64,000 nt of DNA from Candidatus Poribacteria bacterium (GCA_965218095.1 OZ244587.1:2144001-2208000); one strand, 5' to 3'. Numbered from the stretch's first letter, positions 1-9,738 are shown. The notes: generated by a model not told the origin, from the letters alone. Made by a program: numbers and translations.

Positions 1-386
1 GTAAATCCATGATGCACCAAGCGAATCCATTCAGAACCTTGAACAATGAGGAAAACTATGCCAAGAAGCCCCGTCACGAAAAGCCAGTTTCTGAGCTCTT
101 TCTGACGGTCTTGCCGAATGGCTCGCAGTGCCTGAAACATCGTATAGCCGCTTAAGAGCAGGATGATTGTATTCAGTCCGGTCACACCGATGGGCAAGCG
201 AACGTCGATCTGCGAAGGCGGGGGCCAGGTCACACTCCCCAAACGAAACACAAGGAACGTCCCAATCAGCCCCGCGAAAAACATGATTTCGGCACCCAAG
301 AGTATCAGCATCGCTAACCGGGCATTACTTATCGGTCGGGTTTCCCCTTCGGCGTATGGGTGTGATGGATGTTCTGAGTTATTCAT
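1..386 (-). CDS. ctaE: cytochrome c oxidase subunit III (3' end lies outside the window)
   Basis: Hand translation from ATG at 386: MNNSEHP...NARLAMLILLGAEIMFFAGLIGTFLVFR...GLNTIILLLSGYTM...LGIVFLIVQGSEW, showing COX3 motifs (E-x-MFF, NT..LL.S, FL..Q..EW). Not in the supplied ORF track. Confidence 0.92.
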   Translation of the reverse strand, partial: MNNSEHPSHPYAEGETRPISNARLAMLILLGAEIMFFAGLIGTFLVFRLGSVTWPPPSQIDVRLPIGVTGLNTIILLLSGYTMFQALRAIRQDRQKELRNWLFVTGLLGIVFLIVQGSEWIRLVHHGF

Positions 387-413
387 TTGGAAGTATATTG
401 ATATTGCAGGTCT

Positions 414-524
414 TCAGTTTTTTACCAGCGCAAGAATGGTTGCAAGAATAAATAGAACAACGAATATTGCGAATAAGAAGAGCCCAAGACGTCGGTTTCG
501 ACTGCGCTTTTCGTGGTCATTCAT
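414..524 (-). CDS. small single-TM protein, CoxF-like (36 aa)
   Basis: MNDHEKRSRNRRLGLFLFAIFVVLFILATILALVKN*: basic patch plus one TM helix, filling the gap between ctaB and subunit III. Confidence 0.65.
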   Translation of the reverse strand: MNDHEKRSRNRRLGLFLFAIFVVLFILATILALVKN

Positions 525-547
525 CTGAATTTTATACCCCCATTCTA

Positions 548-1450
548 TTACGCCAACTTGTCAAGTGCCATCACCAGAAACACGAGCGGTAAGTATATCA
601 ATGAGGCGTACAGCAACCGTTTTGCTGCTATGGTCGATCGGGAAATTGATAGGCTGATGCCAAACGCAAGAAAGCCGATGCTCAACGTAAGAGCGGCGAA
701 AAAATAAACGATACCAGCGATGCCGATTAACGTGGGCAGTAGTGCTACAACGAGAAGCCCAAGACAGTTGCTGACAATCTGTCTTCTCGTGCTCTTGCCA
801 TCAGGATGAATGACCGGCAGCAAGCGGAATCCCGCCTGTGCATATTCATCGCGGTAGATGCAGGCAATTGACAGTGAGTGGGGAAGTTGCCAGAGAAACA
901 GAATTGCGAAAAGCACCCACGCTTCAATATTGAGTGTTCCTCGCGCTGCAACCCAACCGATAACCGGTGGTAATCCGCCTGGAACCGCACCCGCGACAGT
1001 ACAGAGTGATGTCTTCTGCTTCAATGGTGTATAGACGAACAGATAGGTCACGACGATGGCTGAGATGACCAATGCGCTTAAGGTGTTCACGCAAAATGCC
1101 ATATAGAGCAAACCGCCAACGGTCAGTAAAACGCCAAAAAACAGGGCTGTCGTCGGTTGAAGCCGCCGATCTGGCAACGGGCGGTGACACGTCCGCACCA
1201 TCTGGGCATCCAGATCGCGTTCAAGGTACTGATTCAGGGCTAATACCCCCGCCGCTGATAGCCCCGTACCGATAATGGTGTGAATGAGTTGAAGCCAGTT
1301 GAGCGGCTGTGGGGAGGCGAGATAAAAGCCGACTGAGGTTGTAATCAGTATCATCGAAACGAGCCGCGGCTTTGTCAGTTCAACAAAAGCCTGCACTCGG
1401 CGGCGCATTTGGGATAGGTCATTGCTTAGCGTCTCTGTCGTTGACATCAT
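548..1450 (-). CDS. ctaB: heme O synthase (protoheme IX farnesyltransferase)
   Basis: ELTKPRL, NQYLERDLDAQMVRT..RPLP, YTPLK, GAVPGGLPP, LWQLPH motifs. Confidence 0.96.
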   Translation of the reverse strand: MMSTTETLSNDLSQMRRRVQAFVELTKPRLVSMILITTSVGFYLASPQPLNWLQLIHTIIGTGLSAAGVLALNQYLERDLDAQMVRTCHRPLPDRRLQPTTALFFGVLLTVGGLLYMAFCVNTLSALVISAIVVTYLFVYTPLKQKTSLCTVAGAVPGGLPPVIGWVAARGTLNIEAWVLFAILFLWQLPHSLSIACIYRDEYAQAGFRLLPVIHPDGKSTRRQIVSNCLGLLVVALLPTLIGIAGIVYFFAALTLSIGFLAFGISLSISRSTIAAKRLLYASLIYLPLVFLVMALDKLA

Positions 1451-2589
1451 ACGGATACCTCATCGGAAACGAGCTCTCGGCTCGCAACAGGTTCTGATCT
1501 ACTTGTGAAGCGAAAAACGTTCAAAGTCAGTACAACGGAAACGACCAGCATTAACGCACCGATCGCAACATGGGCAGTTGTGATTGTTACACCGGCGACG
1601 GGGGACACGACTTCACCAAAAGCGGTGAACTCGGCGAGGTATGCACCGACGCCCATAATCAACTGCAAGGCGAGCAGACCACCCAATAGCAAAGTAAGAC
1701 GAACAAGGGATGAATTTTCCAGATAATTCTTCAAGATCCGCCTCAAGAGCAAAAATATGTGAATTGTTACTAGACCCGCGAAAAGCAGATGGGCATCCAG
1801 CCGATTTCCTGTATGCCTCAACACTGCACCGAAGATGAATTGGATGTAGATAAGGACTAACGTTATGAGACTCAAGCGTCTCAGACGCGAGGCATCTGTG
1901 GCTTCAATTTTCGCCCATGTTTCCAACCAACTGCGCGAAGTAAACAACACAAGACTCGTGGTCAGCGCAAAAAACGCCTGGGCAAAACAGGCGTGTATGA
2001 TGGCGAGAACTCTGCTGAGGTTCGTAACACGGAGACCGCCCATCACCCCTTGAGCGATGACTGCGACAAGGGCAACAACGCCAAGCCATTTCATCCATTT
2101 CCGAGCATCCTTCACCCAGATTGATACCATCAACGCAATCGTCAGAAAGCCAACGGCAGCCCCAATCAGCCGATGGCTATGTTCGTACAGCACGCCATGC
2201 ACGTAAACATCGAGCCGCTCGCCCGATTTAATTAGCGTATAGATGCGTTCATTCTCTCCATCCGTGAGTTTCCATCTGCTGCCTCGTTCTTCGGCAGAAA
2301 TTATAACATTTTCTGACACCGAAATCTCGTTTTTTTCAAGCGCCTTCCGTAGACTCACGGAAAGGTTACTGTTATCCAGATCGGCTTGGAGATTTGGGTT
2401 GATACTGAACAGGAAGCCGCTGACCGTTTTCGACAACGGATAGAGAAACATGTTGTATCCGAAGGTTGTGGGCCAATCGGGGACAGCGAGGCCCGAATCC
2501 GTGCTGGTCACAAGCCCGCCCATACAGATCAGGATGAAAGTCGTCACAGCGGTGAGTACAGCAAGTCGATGAAGCCATGGACGATACAT
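1447..2589 (-). CDS. ctaA: heme A synthase (COX15/CtaA) with an approx. 70 aa inserted domain
   Basis: GGLVTSTDSGLAVPDWP, EHSHRL, QGVMGGLRV, IIHA, TTAHVAIG motifs; 4-bp overlap with ctaB. Confidence 0.92.
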   Translation of the reverse strand: MYRPWLHRLAVLTAVTTFILICMGGLVTSTDSGLAVPDWPTTFGYNMFLYPLSKTVSGFLFSINPNLQADLDNSNLSVSLRKALEKNEISVSENVIISAEERGSRWKLTDGENERIYTLIKSGERLDVYVHGVLYEHSHRLIGAAVGFLTIALMVSIWVKDARKWMKWLGVVALVAVIAQGVMGGLRVTNLSRVLAIIHACFAQAFFALTTSLVLFTSRSWLETWAKIEATDASRLRRLSLITLVLIYIQFIFGAVLRHTGNRLDAHLLFAGLVTIHIFLLLRRILKNYLENSSLVRLTLLLGGLLALQLIMGVGAYLAEFTAFGEVVSPVAGVTITTAHVAIGALMLVVSVVLTLNVFRFTSRSEPVASRELVSDEVSV

Positions 2590-2950
2590 TGAGTCAGTCT
2601 TACCTTTCTCACGGTTTAATGGTTCATTAAAAGATTCAGTGTTTCCTGTGCCTTTGGAGACAGTTCTCCCTCCGCCATTTCGCTCGTCTCTTGAATCACG
2701 ATGACCGCATCAATCGCAATTAGAGCTTCGTCCGGAAAAGGCCACGGTCAGTAGAAATGCAACAGTGACGATTGGAGCGTTTCTGCTCATGATAACCTCC
2801 GAGGTTGATTGTGTTTTTGGGATGATTGTTTGCCGCTCAGCGAAAAAGTTCAGTTGCAGCGGAAGTTTGCCGAACCCACTTCTGCATCCCCGTTGCATAG
2901 GCTTAGATAGGACGCAGATAAACGCAGATTCTGATCTATTTTTCTGCGTG

Positions 2951-3340
2951 TCACTTAGTTCCTGTGCCACCAATGACGATAAGGAACGCACTATCTTCGC
3001 TGGCATACACCGCGTGAAGGATGTCAGCCGTGAATGTAACCGCCTCACCTTGTTCCAGCGTGATTTTCTCAGCGCTTGTTGTAAATATGATGCTCCCGCT
3101 AAGCGTAATGACAGTGGCGGCGGCAGGTGCCGGATGCTCCTCAAGCGCAGTTCCCGCTTTGAGGACGGTCAGTACGACGGTCAGTTCATCCCCGCGAGCC
3201 AGTGTCAGCGAGGCTCGACCTGACGTGGCGAATGTCGCTTCTCTCATGAGTTTTTCAGCCATTGACGTAAGTGGAAACGGCTTAGTCAGTGATGTGTTCA
3301 GATCTACAGGTCTGTAGGGTCGTTCAAATGATGTGTTCAT
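2951..3340 (-). CDS. cupin domain protein
   Basis: Start re-assigned to ATG 3340 (GGAG RBS). Cupin-like motifs L..G..L.EH.AP and GE.V.F.A...HAVYA.EDS.FL. Confidence 0.8.
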   Translation of the reverse strand: MNTSFERPYRPVDLNTSLTKPFPLTSMAEKLMREATFATSGRASLTLARGDELTVVLTVLKAGTALEEHPAPAAATVITLSGSIIFTTSAEKITLEQGEAVTFTADILHAVYASEDSAFLIVIGGTGTK

Positions 3341-3397
3341 TGTGAAATCTCCGTTGACTGAATACTGAACTTTTCGATTGCTCCTAACAGTATACCA

Positions 3398-3449
3398 GAA
3401 ATCGTGCAAAGCCACCGAACTTTGCCGACAACTCGGTGGCTTTGTACGG
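3398..3449. repeat. REP-like palindrome, family A (GTGCAAAG..ACCGA...TCGGT..CTTTG.AC)
   Basis: CGTGCAAAGCCACCGA...TCGGTGGCTTTGTACG inverted repeat just after the ctaD stop; related copies at 12083, 14854 and 15799. Confidence 0.75.
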
Positions 3450-3464
3450 TGTTCCATATCGCAT

Positions 3465-5312
3465 CTAATCCGCGCTGGCGCCGGCAGGTATCGGTTCTCC
3501 ATGCACAGGTTCGCCGTTCGGCTGCGTCTGTGGAATCCAGTCTGCTTCAGCACCGGGCACGCTGTATTCATAGGGACCGTGATACACCTGCGGGATCTCC
3601 CCGAAATTGCCGTGCGGCACCGGCGTTGGCGCGTGCCATTCTAAGGTGTTCGCTTGCCACGGATTCCGTTCAGCAACCTTCCCACGGAACATACTCCAGA
3701 ATACGTTGACTAGCAGCAGAATCTGAGTTGCACCCAAAATAAATGCGCAGATCGTAATAAACACATTTATCGGTTGCAGATGTTGTAAGAATTCGTACTG
3801 CATGGGGTTGGTGATGCGTCGCATGTGTCCTGCCACGCCAAGGATGTGCATAGGGAAAAAGACGCCATTAAAGGCGAGGAAGGAGAGCCAGAAGTGGATC
3901 TTGCCAAGTGTCTCGTTCATGTGCCGCCCGAACATCTTAGGGAACCAGTGGAAGATTCCGCCGAAGAGTGCAAACACACTTCCGCCAAAGACAACATAAT
4001 GGATATGCGCCACAATGTAGTATGTATCGTGGATGTGGATGTCTACGGGTGAGTTTGCCATATAGATGCCGCTGAGCCCGCCGATCACGAACATGGAAAC
4101 AAAGGCAAGCGAGTTTAACATCGGCACCGTGAATCGAATTGACGCACGGAACAAGGTGCTGAGCCAGTTGAAGGTTTTAATCGCCGAAGGTACGGCGATT
4201 ACCATCGTTGTGATCATGAAACTCATACCCAATGCCGGGTTCATCCCGCTCTGGAACATGTGGTGTCCCCACACAACCCAACTGAGAAAGGCGATCGAAA
4301 TCATGGCATAAACCATCGACTTATACCCGAAGATGGGCTTTCTGGAAAAGACAGGGAGCATTTCCGACGCCATACCCATGCCCGGCAGAATGAGGATATA
4401 AACCTCCGGATGCCCAAAGAACCAGAAGAGGTGCTGCCAGAGGAGTGGTTCGCCGCCGCCCGCTGGCGAGAAGAATGCGGTGCCTGCCATTCTATCAAAG
4501 AGAAGCAACACAAGCGCAGACGCTACGACTGGAAAGGCAAGTAACAGCAGAATTGCAACGATGAAAAGTGACCAGATAACAAGTGGGAGACGGAAGTAGG
4601 TCATGCCCGGTGCCCGCATGTTGATTATCGTGGTGATGTAGTTAATTGACCCCATCAAGGATGAGATACCCATGACAATGAGGGCAATACACCAGAGGTT
4701 CTGTCCCCAAATCACTCCGGTATAATCTGGAACCGAGGAGAGCGGCGCGTATCCGGTCCAACCCGCGGCGGCGTGCCCACCGGGGACGAAGAACCCGGCC
4801 ATCATGATAATGGCTCCGAGCACACTCGCCCAGAAGGAAAGCATGTTCAAGGTTGGGAACGCCATGTCTCTCGTACCAATCATCAGTGGGATAAGAAAAT
4901 TACCAAACGCACCCACGAGCAACGGCACGACGACGAAGAAAACCATGATAGTGGCGTGCATCGTAAAGAGCGAATTATAAAATGCCGGGTCTATCACGCC
5001 GCTGGGTATGCTCGTCTCCAACCAGCTTTCTTTATCGTCATCGAACCGTTCCTCCCACTTTCGGTCTGCAGCGGTTGCGACTTCGCCGGTCTCCTGATAT
5101 GTTTTGGAAACACCAATAATCGGGAGTGGTTTATCAGGCCATGCAAGTTGCCAACGGAAAAGCAACGCAAGCCCGCCTCCGACCATGAACATAATCAGTC
5201 CATAGACTAGGAATTGTTTGCCAATCATTTTGTGATCTAGCGAGAAGATATACTTACTAACAAAACTCTCTTCATGGTGATGGTCATGAGATTCGTGTGC
5301 GTTATCGTTCAT
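3465..5312 (-). CDS. ctaD: cytochrome c oxidase subunit I, A1 type
   Basis: DHKMIG, FTMHAT, WFFGHPEVY, WGHHMF, HDTYYIVAHIHY, MRR motifs. Confidence 0.98.
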   Translation of the reverse strand: MNDNAHESHDHHHEESFVSKYIFSLDHKMIGKQFLVYGLIMFMVGGGLALLFRWQLAWPDKPLPIIGVSKTYQETGEVATAADRKWEERFDDDKESWLETSIPSGVIDPAFYNSLFTMHATIMVFFVVVPLLVGAFGNFLIPLMIGTRDMAFPTLNMLSFWASVLGAIIMMAGFFVPGGHAAAGWTGYAPLSSVPDYTGVIWGQNLWCIALIVMGISSLMGSINYITTIINMRAPGMTYFRLPLVIWSLFIVAILLLLAFPVVASALVLLLFDRMAGTAFFSPAGGGEPLLWQHLFWFFGHPEVYILILPGMGMASEMLPVFSRKPIFGYKSMVYAMISIAFLSWVVWGHHMFQSGMNPALGMSFMITTMVIAVPSAIKTFNWLSTLFRASIRFTVPMLNSLAFVSMFVIGGLSGIYMANSPVDIHIHDTYYIVAHIHYVVFGGSVFALFGGIFHWFPKMFGRHMNETLGKIHFWLSFLAFNGVFFPMHILGVAGHMRRITNPMQYEFLQHLQPINVFITICAFILGATQILLLVNVFWSMFRGKVAERNPWQANTLEWHAPTPVPHGNFGEIPQVYHGPYEYSVPGAEADWIPQTQPNGEPVHGEPIPAGASAD

Positions 5313-5346
5313 TCTACACTGACTCCTTTCTTTTCATTTCGGCCGG

Positions 5347-6030
5347 CTATTCTGCCCACTGTTCTCTTATCCACTCTGCATAATCTTCATCAGTATGCAC
5401 CGTAAGGTATCCGAGCATCCCGGAGTGTCCAAACCCACAGAGTTCAGCACAGGGAATTTCGTACGTACCGGGCTTCGTTGCCTCGAACCAGAGGTTGATG
5501 ACCCTGCCGGGGAGGGCATCCTGCTTGAGCCGCATTTGGGGAACGAAAAAACTGTGGATGACGTCTTGAGACGTGAGTTGGACGTGCACGACTTTGTTTA
5601 CCGGTACGTGGAGTTGATTCTCAAGCTCCAGGTCATCGGTAGTCCCCAATTCGCCATCAGTCCCCGGATAAGTTATATCCCAGTTGAACTGTTTGGCACT
5701 CACTTGGACAACAACGTCATCAGGGTTGCTGGGGAACTGGGATGGGAATTTAATTTTGTTCCATTGTGGTAGGCTCAACATCGCGAGCCCAAACACAATG
5801 ACGGTGGTCGCAACGGTCCACGTAATTTCAAGCCTCGTGCTCCCTTCAATGTATTCCGCTTTGCGACCTTCCTTAAAGCGGTACTTGATAATGAAGGTGA
5901 TGAGTGTCGCCATCACGGCGAGAAATACAATCGAGGTAATCCAGTAGATGAGGACAAAGAGGTTATCCACCCCTTCTCCGAAAGTGGATACGTTCTCTGG
6001 AAGCCATTCAGGAAAATTCAGCCATTTCAT
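5347..6030 (-). CDS. ctaC: cytochrome c oxidase subunit II (CuA, no fused cytochrome c)
   Basis: Two TM helices, LEITWT, DVIHSF, CAELCGFGHSGM; AGGAG RBS. Confidence 0.96.
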   Translation of the reverse strand: MKWLNFPEWLPENVSTFGEGVDNLFVLIYWITSIVFLAVMATLITFIIKYRFKEGRKAEYIEGSTRLEITWTVATTVIVFGLAMLSLPQWNKIKFPSQFPSNPDDVVVQVSAKQFNWDITYPGTDGELGTTDDLELENQLHVPVNKVVHVQLTSQDVIHSFFVPQMRLKQDALPGRVINLWFEATKPGTYEIPCAELCGFGHSGMLGYLTVHTDEDYAEWIREQWAE

Positions 6031-6169
6031 TAAGATCTCCTTTCTGGATCGCTGAATTGATTAAAGTCAGTTTCTATCACGTGATATGAGAGTGGCGCGT
6101 AATTCCATAGGAGAGAAATCCTTTTCCCGACCATCAAGGTAAAGATGCTTCTCCTATAGTGGTAGATAA

Positions 6170-6976
6170 TTATGAGCCCCTCTCCGTTATATTAACACGA
6201 CGATATGCTGTTTGAGTCGCGCCCAAATACATCGCAACACAGAACAGGCTAACAACAAGTAACGATATAGTGAGTTGAGGAATCTCCCCAACGGCTGTGA
6301 GATTGTTGAGATAGAGACATCGGCGCAATGCCGCAACGCCATAGGTTAAGGGATTTACTTTCATGACCCATTCGAGCAACGGTGACACACCAGATACAGG
6401 GAAAAACGCACCGGAGAGCAACCAAATCGGAATGAGGATAAGATTCATAACCGCATGAAAGCCTTGCGTCGAATCCATCCGCCACGCGATCATTAGCCCC
6501 ATGCTCGTCAGTCCAAAACTCAACAGGAACATGACGCCGACTGTTGATAAAACGGAAACGAGGCTGAACGACATGCCAACTATCGGCGACAAAAGCAGAA
6601 AAAGGCTGCCTTGTAAGAGTGCCAATGTTGTTCCGCCACATGCTTGTCCAAGCACGATTCCCCATCTTGAAACCGGGGCAACAAGCACACCTTGGAGAAA
6701 ACCTTCCCGGCGATCTTGTACCACGGCGATGGTCGCAAAAATTGCCGTAAACAACAGCACAAGCGTCAGGATGCCAGGGTAAAAATAGACGATATAGTTT
6801 GTCCCTGTAGGAAGCCCAGATGGACGGAACGATGCGTTTAATCCGCCGCCCAGCAGGAGCCAAAAGACCAGCGGTTGGGCGATCGCGCTGACCAGACGGC
6901 TCCGTTGACGCAGAAATCTGATGATTTCACGCCACCAAATCGTCGCCACAGGGAGTATGATTCTTGCTATTAACAA
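6170..6976 (-). CDS. ABC-2 type transporter permease
   Basis: WREIIRFLR, DRREGFLQGVLVAPVSR, LSGAFFP, NPLTYGV motifs. Confidence 0.9.
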   Translation of the reverse strand: MLIARIILPVATIWWREIIRFLRQRSRLVSAIAQPLVFWLLLGGGLNASFRPSGLPTGTNYIVYFYPGILTLVLLFTAIFATIAVVQDRREGFLQGVLVAPVSRWGIVLGQACGGTTLALLQGSLFLLLSPIVGMSFSLVSVLSTVGVMFLLSFGLTSMGLMIAWRMDSTQGFHAVMNLILIPIWLLSGAFFPVSGVSPLLEWVMKVNPLTYGVAALRRCLYLNNLTAVGEIPQLTISLLVVSLFCVAMYLGATQTAYRRVNITERGS

Positions 6977-7066
6977 AGTTCAGTTGAGTGCGTTGTAGGT
7001 GTCAAAGATGTAGAATCGAGATGCTATTCAACGTTTTCATAGGAGTTCGGTTGTTGCAATAGCAAA

Positions 7067-7294
7067 CTAGCGCTCTCTCTGAGCATAGTCGTTGCGAACA
7101 GTTGTATTGATGAATGAGTTTAACCCTTGGCCGCTTCTAGCTAATTCCTTCATCTGCTCAATGTTTTGAGAGCCTGCGCTTGCATACGCGTACAGGTAAA
7201 CTGAGCCACTAGAAAACTGGACCCTGATGAAATCTGGGCCGCTTTCATACGCCACAACTCCAGAACCTCCACTAAGATTTTTATAGGCTTCCAT
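7067..7294 (-). CDS. small hypothetical protein, KTSC-like
   Basis: 75 aa with GGAGG RBS; SGVVAYE.G.DFIRVQF..G.VYLY...G.GLNSFIN pattern; flanked by 17-bp direct repeats. Confidence 0.7.
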   Translation of the reverse strand: MEAYKNLSGGSGVVAYESGPDFIRVQFSSGSVYLYAYASAGSQNIEQMKELARSGQGLNSFINTTVRNDYAQRER

Positions 7295-7452
7295 ACAGCC
7301 CCTCCTATGTAAATATAGTTATATTTTGCAAGCCTAACGAACAAAGTTCAGTTGAGGCGGAGGGTTACAAGACAACATCCCGTCTGTTGATTGAGATTAT
7401 AAATAGAACCTGCTCTTGACTCCGATCGGGGAACAAGTTTCGGGGACGGGCC

Positions 7453-8283
7453 TTATGTTGGAAGTTGTGCCCAGGCGGTGACATGCGGCGGCAAGATGAG
7501 CGGGCGTTTCGACGCAACAACTTCCGCCCGAAGTCGCTCGGCAAGCGTTTCCACATCGACCTCTTCAGTAGTCGCAATTCCGTATGCTTCCATGAGCGGG
7601 AGTAGGCTGCGAAAACCGTTCGCTATGAATTGGTAACCCGCCCACGTTTCTGGACCGCCCACCGGTGCCACATACCGTAAAGCGGGCTCAGGCAAGCCGG
7701 CATCAACAAAAGTACCGTACAGGTCAAGACCCATTCCAACATGCGCCCCTGAATGCCGAAACACCTCTACTCCCCAATTGGCTAACTGGTTCATCATGGG
7801 GGTATCCGGACGGGCAATCGACGAGTAGGCCGTGAAATCAACCTCCTGAAAAGCGACGATACCCCCCGGGCGCAGATGCGTTGCGATCTGTTTCAAGGCA
7901 TCTGCGGGGTCAGCCAGATACAGCAAGACCAAGCGTCCGATCAGGGCATCGAAGTCTCTCGCCAGATCCAGAGTTTGGATATCCCCCGCCACGAATTGGA
8001 CGTTTGTCAAGCCCGCTGCCTGCGCCCGCGCTCGGGCAGTTTCGAGAACCTCCGCGTTCATATCCACGCCGACGACTTCCCCCTCACCACCAACCAATTC
8101 GGCGGCAGCGAACGCCACATCTCCGGCGCCGCTACCAATATCCAGAACCTTCATCCTGCTAAAGAGGCCTGCCTCCCTGAGAAAATGCTGCGTTATATCC
8201 TCATACAGCCCTGACTGCTGAATCAACCGCTCTGTCTCCTCCTTGCTGCGTCCCATCGTATATGTTATATCGCTATTGTTCAT
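7453..8283 (-). CDS. class I SAM-dependent methyltransferase
   Basis: VLDIGSGAGDVA, VVGVD, FDALIGRLVL, LRPGG motifs; AGGAGG RBS. Confidence 0.9.
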   Translation of the reverse strand: MNNSDITYTMGRSKEETERLIQQSGLYEDITQHFLREAGLFSRMKVLDIGSGAGDVAFAAAELVGGEGEVVGVDMNAEVLETARARAQAAGLTNVQFVAGDIQTLDLARDFDALIGRLVLLYLADPADALKQIATHLRPGGIVAFQEVDFTAYSSIARPDTPMMNQLANWGVEVFRHSGAHVGMGLDLYGTFVDAGLPEPALRYVAPVGGPETWAGYQFIANGFRSLLPLMEAYGIATTEEVDVETLAERLRAEVVASKRPLILPPHVTAWAQLPT

Positions 8284-8396
8284 GTCAATTTATCCTCCTT
8301 CTTATAATGAAAACAAACAGGGTTTTTCAGGATTCAGGGATTAGCAGGAAAATCCGATCATCCTCTAAAATCAATCCATTTAATCTTGTTCGTTAA

Positions 8397-9620
8397 TTAT
8401 GGCTCAATCAATTGATGAAACTGTACCTCTCCATCTCTAATCTGGTTAATGACCGCACTCTTGGCGGTGTGTCGGTTTTCATCATAGCCTAAGATAAGCG
8501 TCGCCCCGCTATAGTTATTGGTCGCCGCAATCTGGTCGCGGATCGCTGTTGGTGTCAAGTCGTCTGCACGACGCATCGCCAGAACCACGAGCCGGAGGGC
8601 ATCATATCCCAGCGCAGCCCCTCCGTCGGGCACAACACCAAACATTGTGGTGTAGGCGGTAACAAATTGATGGGCGTCTTCACCCAAATCGCCCGGTTCC
8701 GCTTTGGCCGAAAAGCCGCTACTAAAGAAACTCCCGTCAACTGCCGTGCCAGCCGTGGCAATCAACGCCGCGTTATCCCAACTATCGCCGCCTATGAAGG
8801 TTGCTGTTATCCCGATCTCCTCCTTCGCCTGTCGAACAGCTAAAGGGACTTCGGGGATGAAACCGGTGCTAAAGACTACGTCCGGCGCAGCTTCGGCGAT
8901 TGCAGTCAGTTGCACGGTGAAATCGGTACCTCCTGCCATGTAAAGTTCATCAGCCACGACCGCGCCCCCATAAGCGGTAAAGTTGTCAATGAAGGTTTGC
9001 GATAAGCCTTCCGAATAGACGTCTCCCTCGTGCGTGAGGACTGCGGCGGTCTGAGCCTCTAAACCTTGGGTGGCAAATTCAGCCATCACCTTTCCCTGAA
9101 AGTCGTCGGTGAAAGCCGCCATAAACACAAAGTCACCCGCAACGGTAACGGACGGATTGGTTGCAGACGTGGTCATCATCGGTATTTCGTGGCGTTGAGC
9201 AATCTCCGCGACGACCACAGCATGGCGAGAGCGGTTGGGACCGACGATTGCCGATACCCCCTCTTCGGCAATCAATTCCTCTGCTAGTTCCGCGACGTAT
9301 TCGGTATCGCTTATGTTATCGCTAATGAGGCGTTGTGTCGGTATACCACGAGCGATCAGTTGTATCGGTATGCCCCGCACACCATCCTCTTTGTTCAGTT
9401 GTATCGTCGCCAATTCTGCACCGTACCGACTGTTGTTTCGGTTCGGTGTGGTATAGAGAAAGCCGATTTTAATGGCTCCATCATCGCCTGCATCTGATAA
9501 TGGTGAAAGCAATTGTTGGACTTGCTCACACCCCCAAAACAGGGTGCTCATAAGGAATAGTGGGATCCAAAGCCGACCGATGAATCCGGGTCCAGGCAGC
9601 CGGGCGCGTTGATCTGTCAT
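8397..9620 (-). CDS. ABC substrate-binding lipoprotein, branched-chain amino acid (LivJ/LivK-like), copy 1
   Basis: Lipobox FWGC; ATNPSVT, FTDDFQG, DFT.QLT.I, GGDSWD, ALGYDA motifs. Start re-assigned to 9620. Confidence 0.88.
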   Translation of the reverse strand: MTDQRARLPGPGFIGRLWIPLFLMSTLFWGCEQVQQLLSPLSDAGDDGAIKIGFLYTTPNRNNSRYGAELATIQLNKEDGVRGIPIQLIARGIPTQRLISDNISDTEYVAELAEELIAEEGVSAIVGPNRSRHAVVVAEIAQRHEIPMMTTSATNPSVTVAGDFVFMAAFTDDFQGKVMAEFATQGLEAQTAAVLTHEGDVYSEGLSQTFIDNFTAYGGAVVADELYMAGGTDFTVQLTAIAEAAPDVVFSTGFIPEVPLAVRQAKEEIGITATFIGGDSWDNAALIATAGTAVDGSFFSSGFSAKAEPGDLGEDAHQFVTAYTTMFGVVPDGGAALGYDALRLVVLAMRRADDLTPTAIRDQIAATNNYSGATLILGYDENRHTAKSAVINQIRDGEVQFHQLIEP

Positions 9621-9738
9621 TGAAATTCTCCTGTAAGGTGCTAGGCAACGCGCAATGAGGGGTTTGCCCCGATGCTGCGATCGGGATTCAAAGCAACTTG
9701 GTAAATGGGATCTCACCCCAAATTGCGCTACTACGAAC

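Noticed and set aside
163-528. Plus-strand 121-aa ORF
   Set aside because: It is the antisense shadow of subunit III and the small TM ORF; no motifs.
2951-3571. Extended N-termini in the ORF track (cupin from 3571, binding proteins from 9716 and 11028, arc from 60997)
   Set aside because: The extensions run through repeats, the neighbouring gene or the RBS itself; downstream ATGs have better RBS and family-typical starts.
6075-6086. TATCACGTGATA palindrome upstream of ctaC as a third copy of the respiratory operator
   Set aside because: It shares half-site letters but lacks the 6-bp spacer and the associated promoter; chance cannot be excluded.
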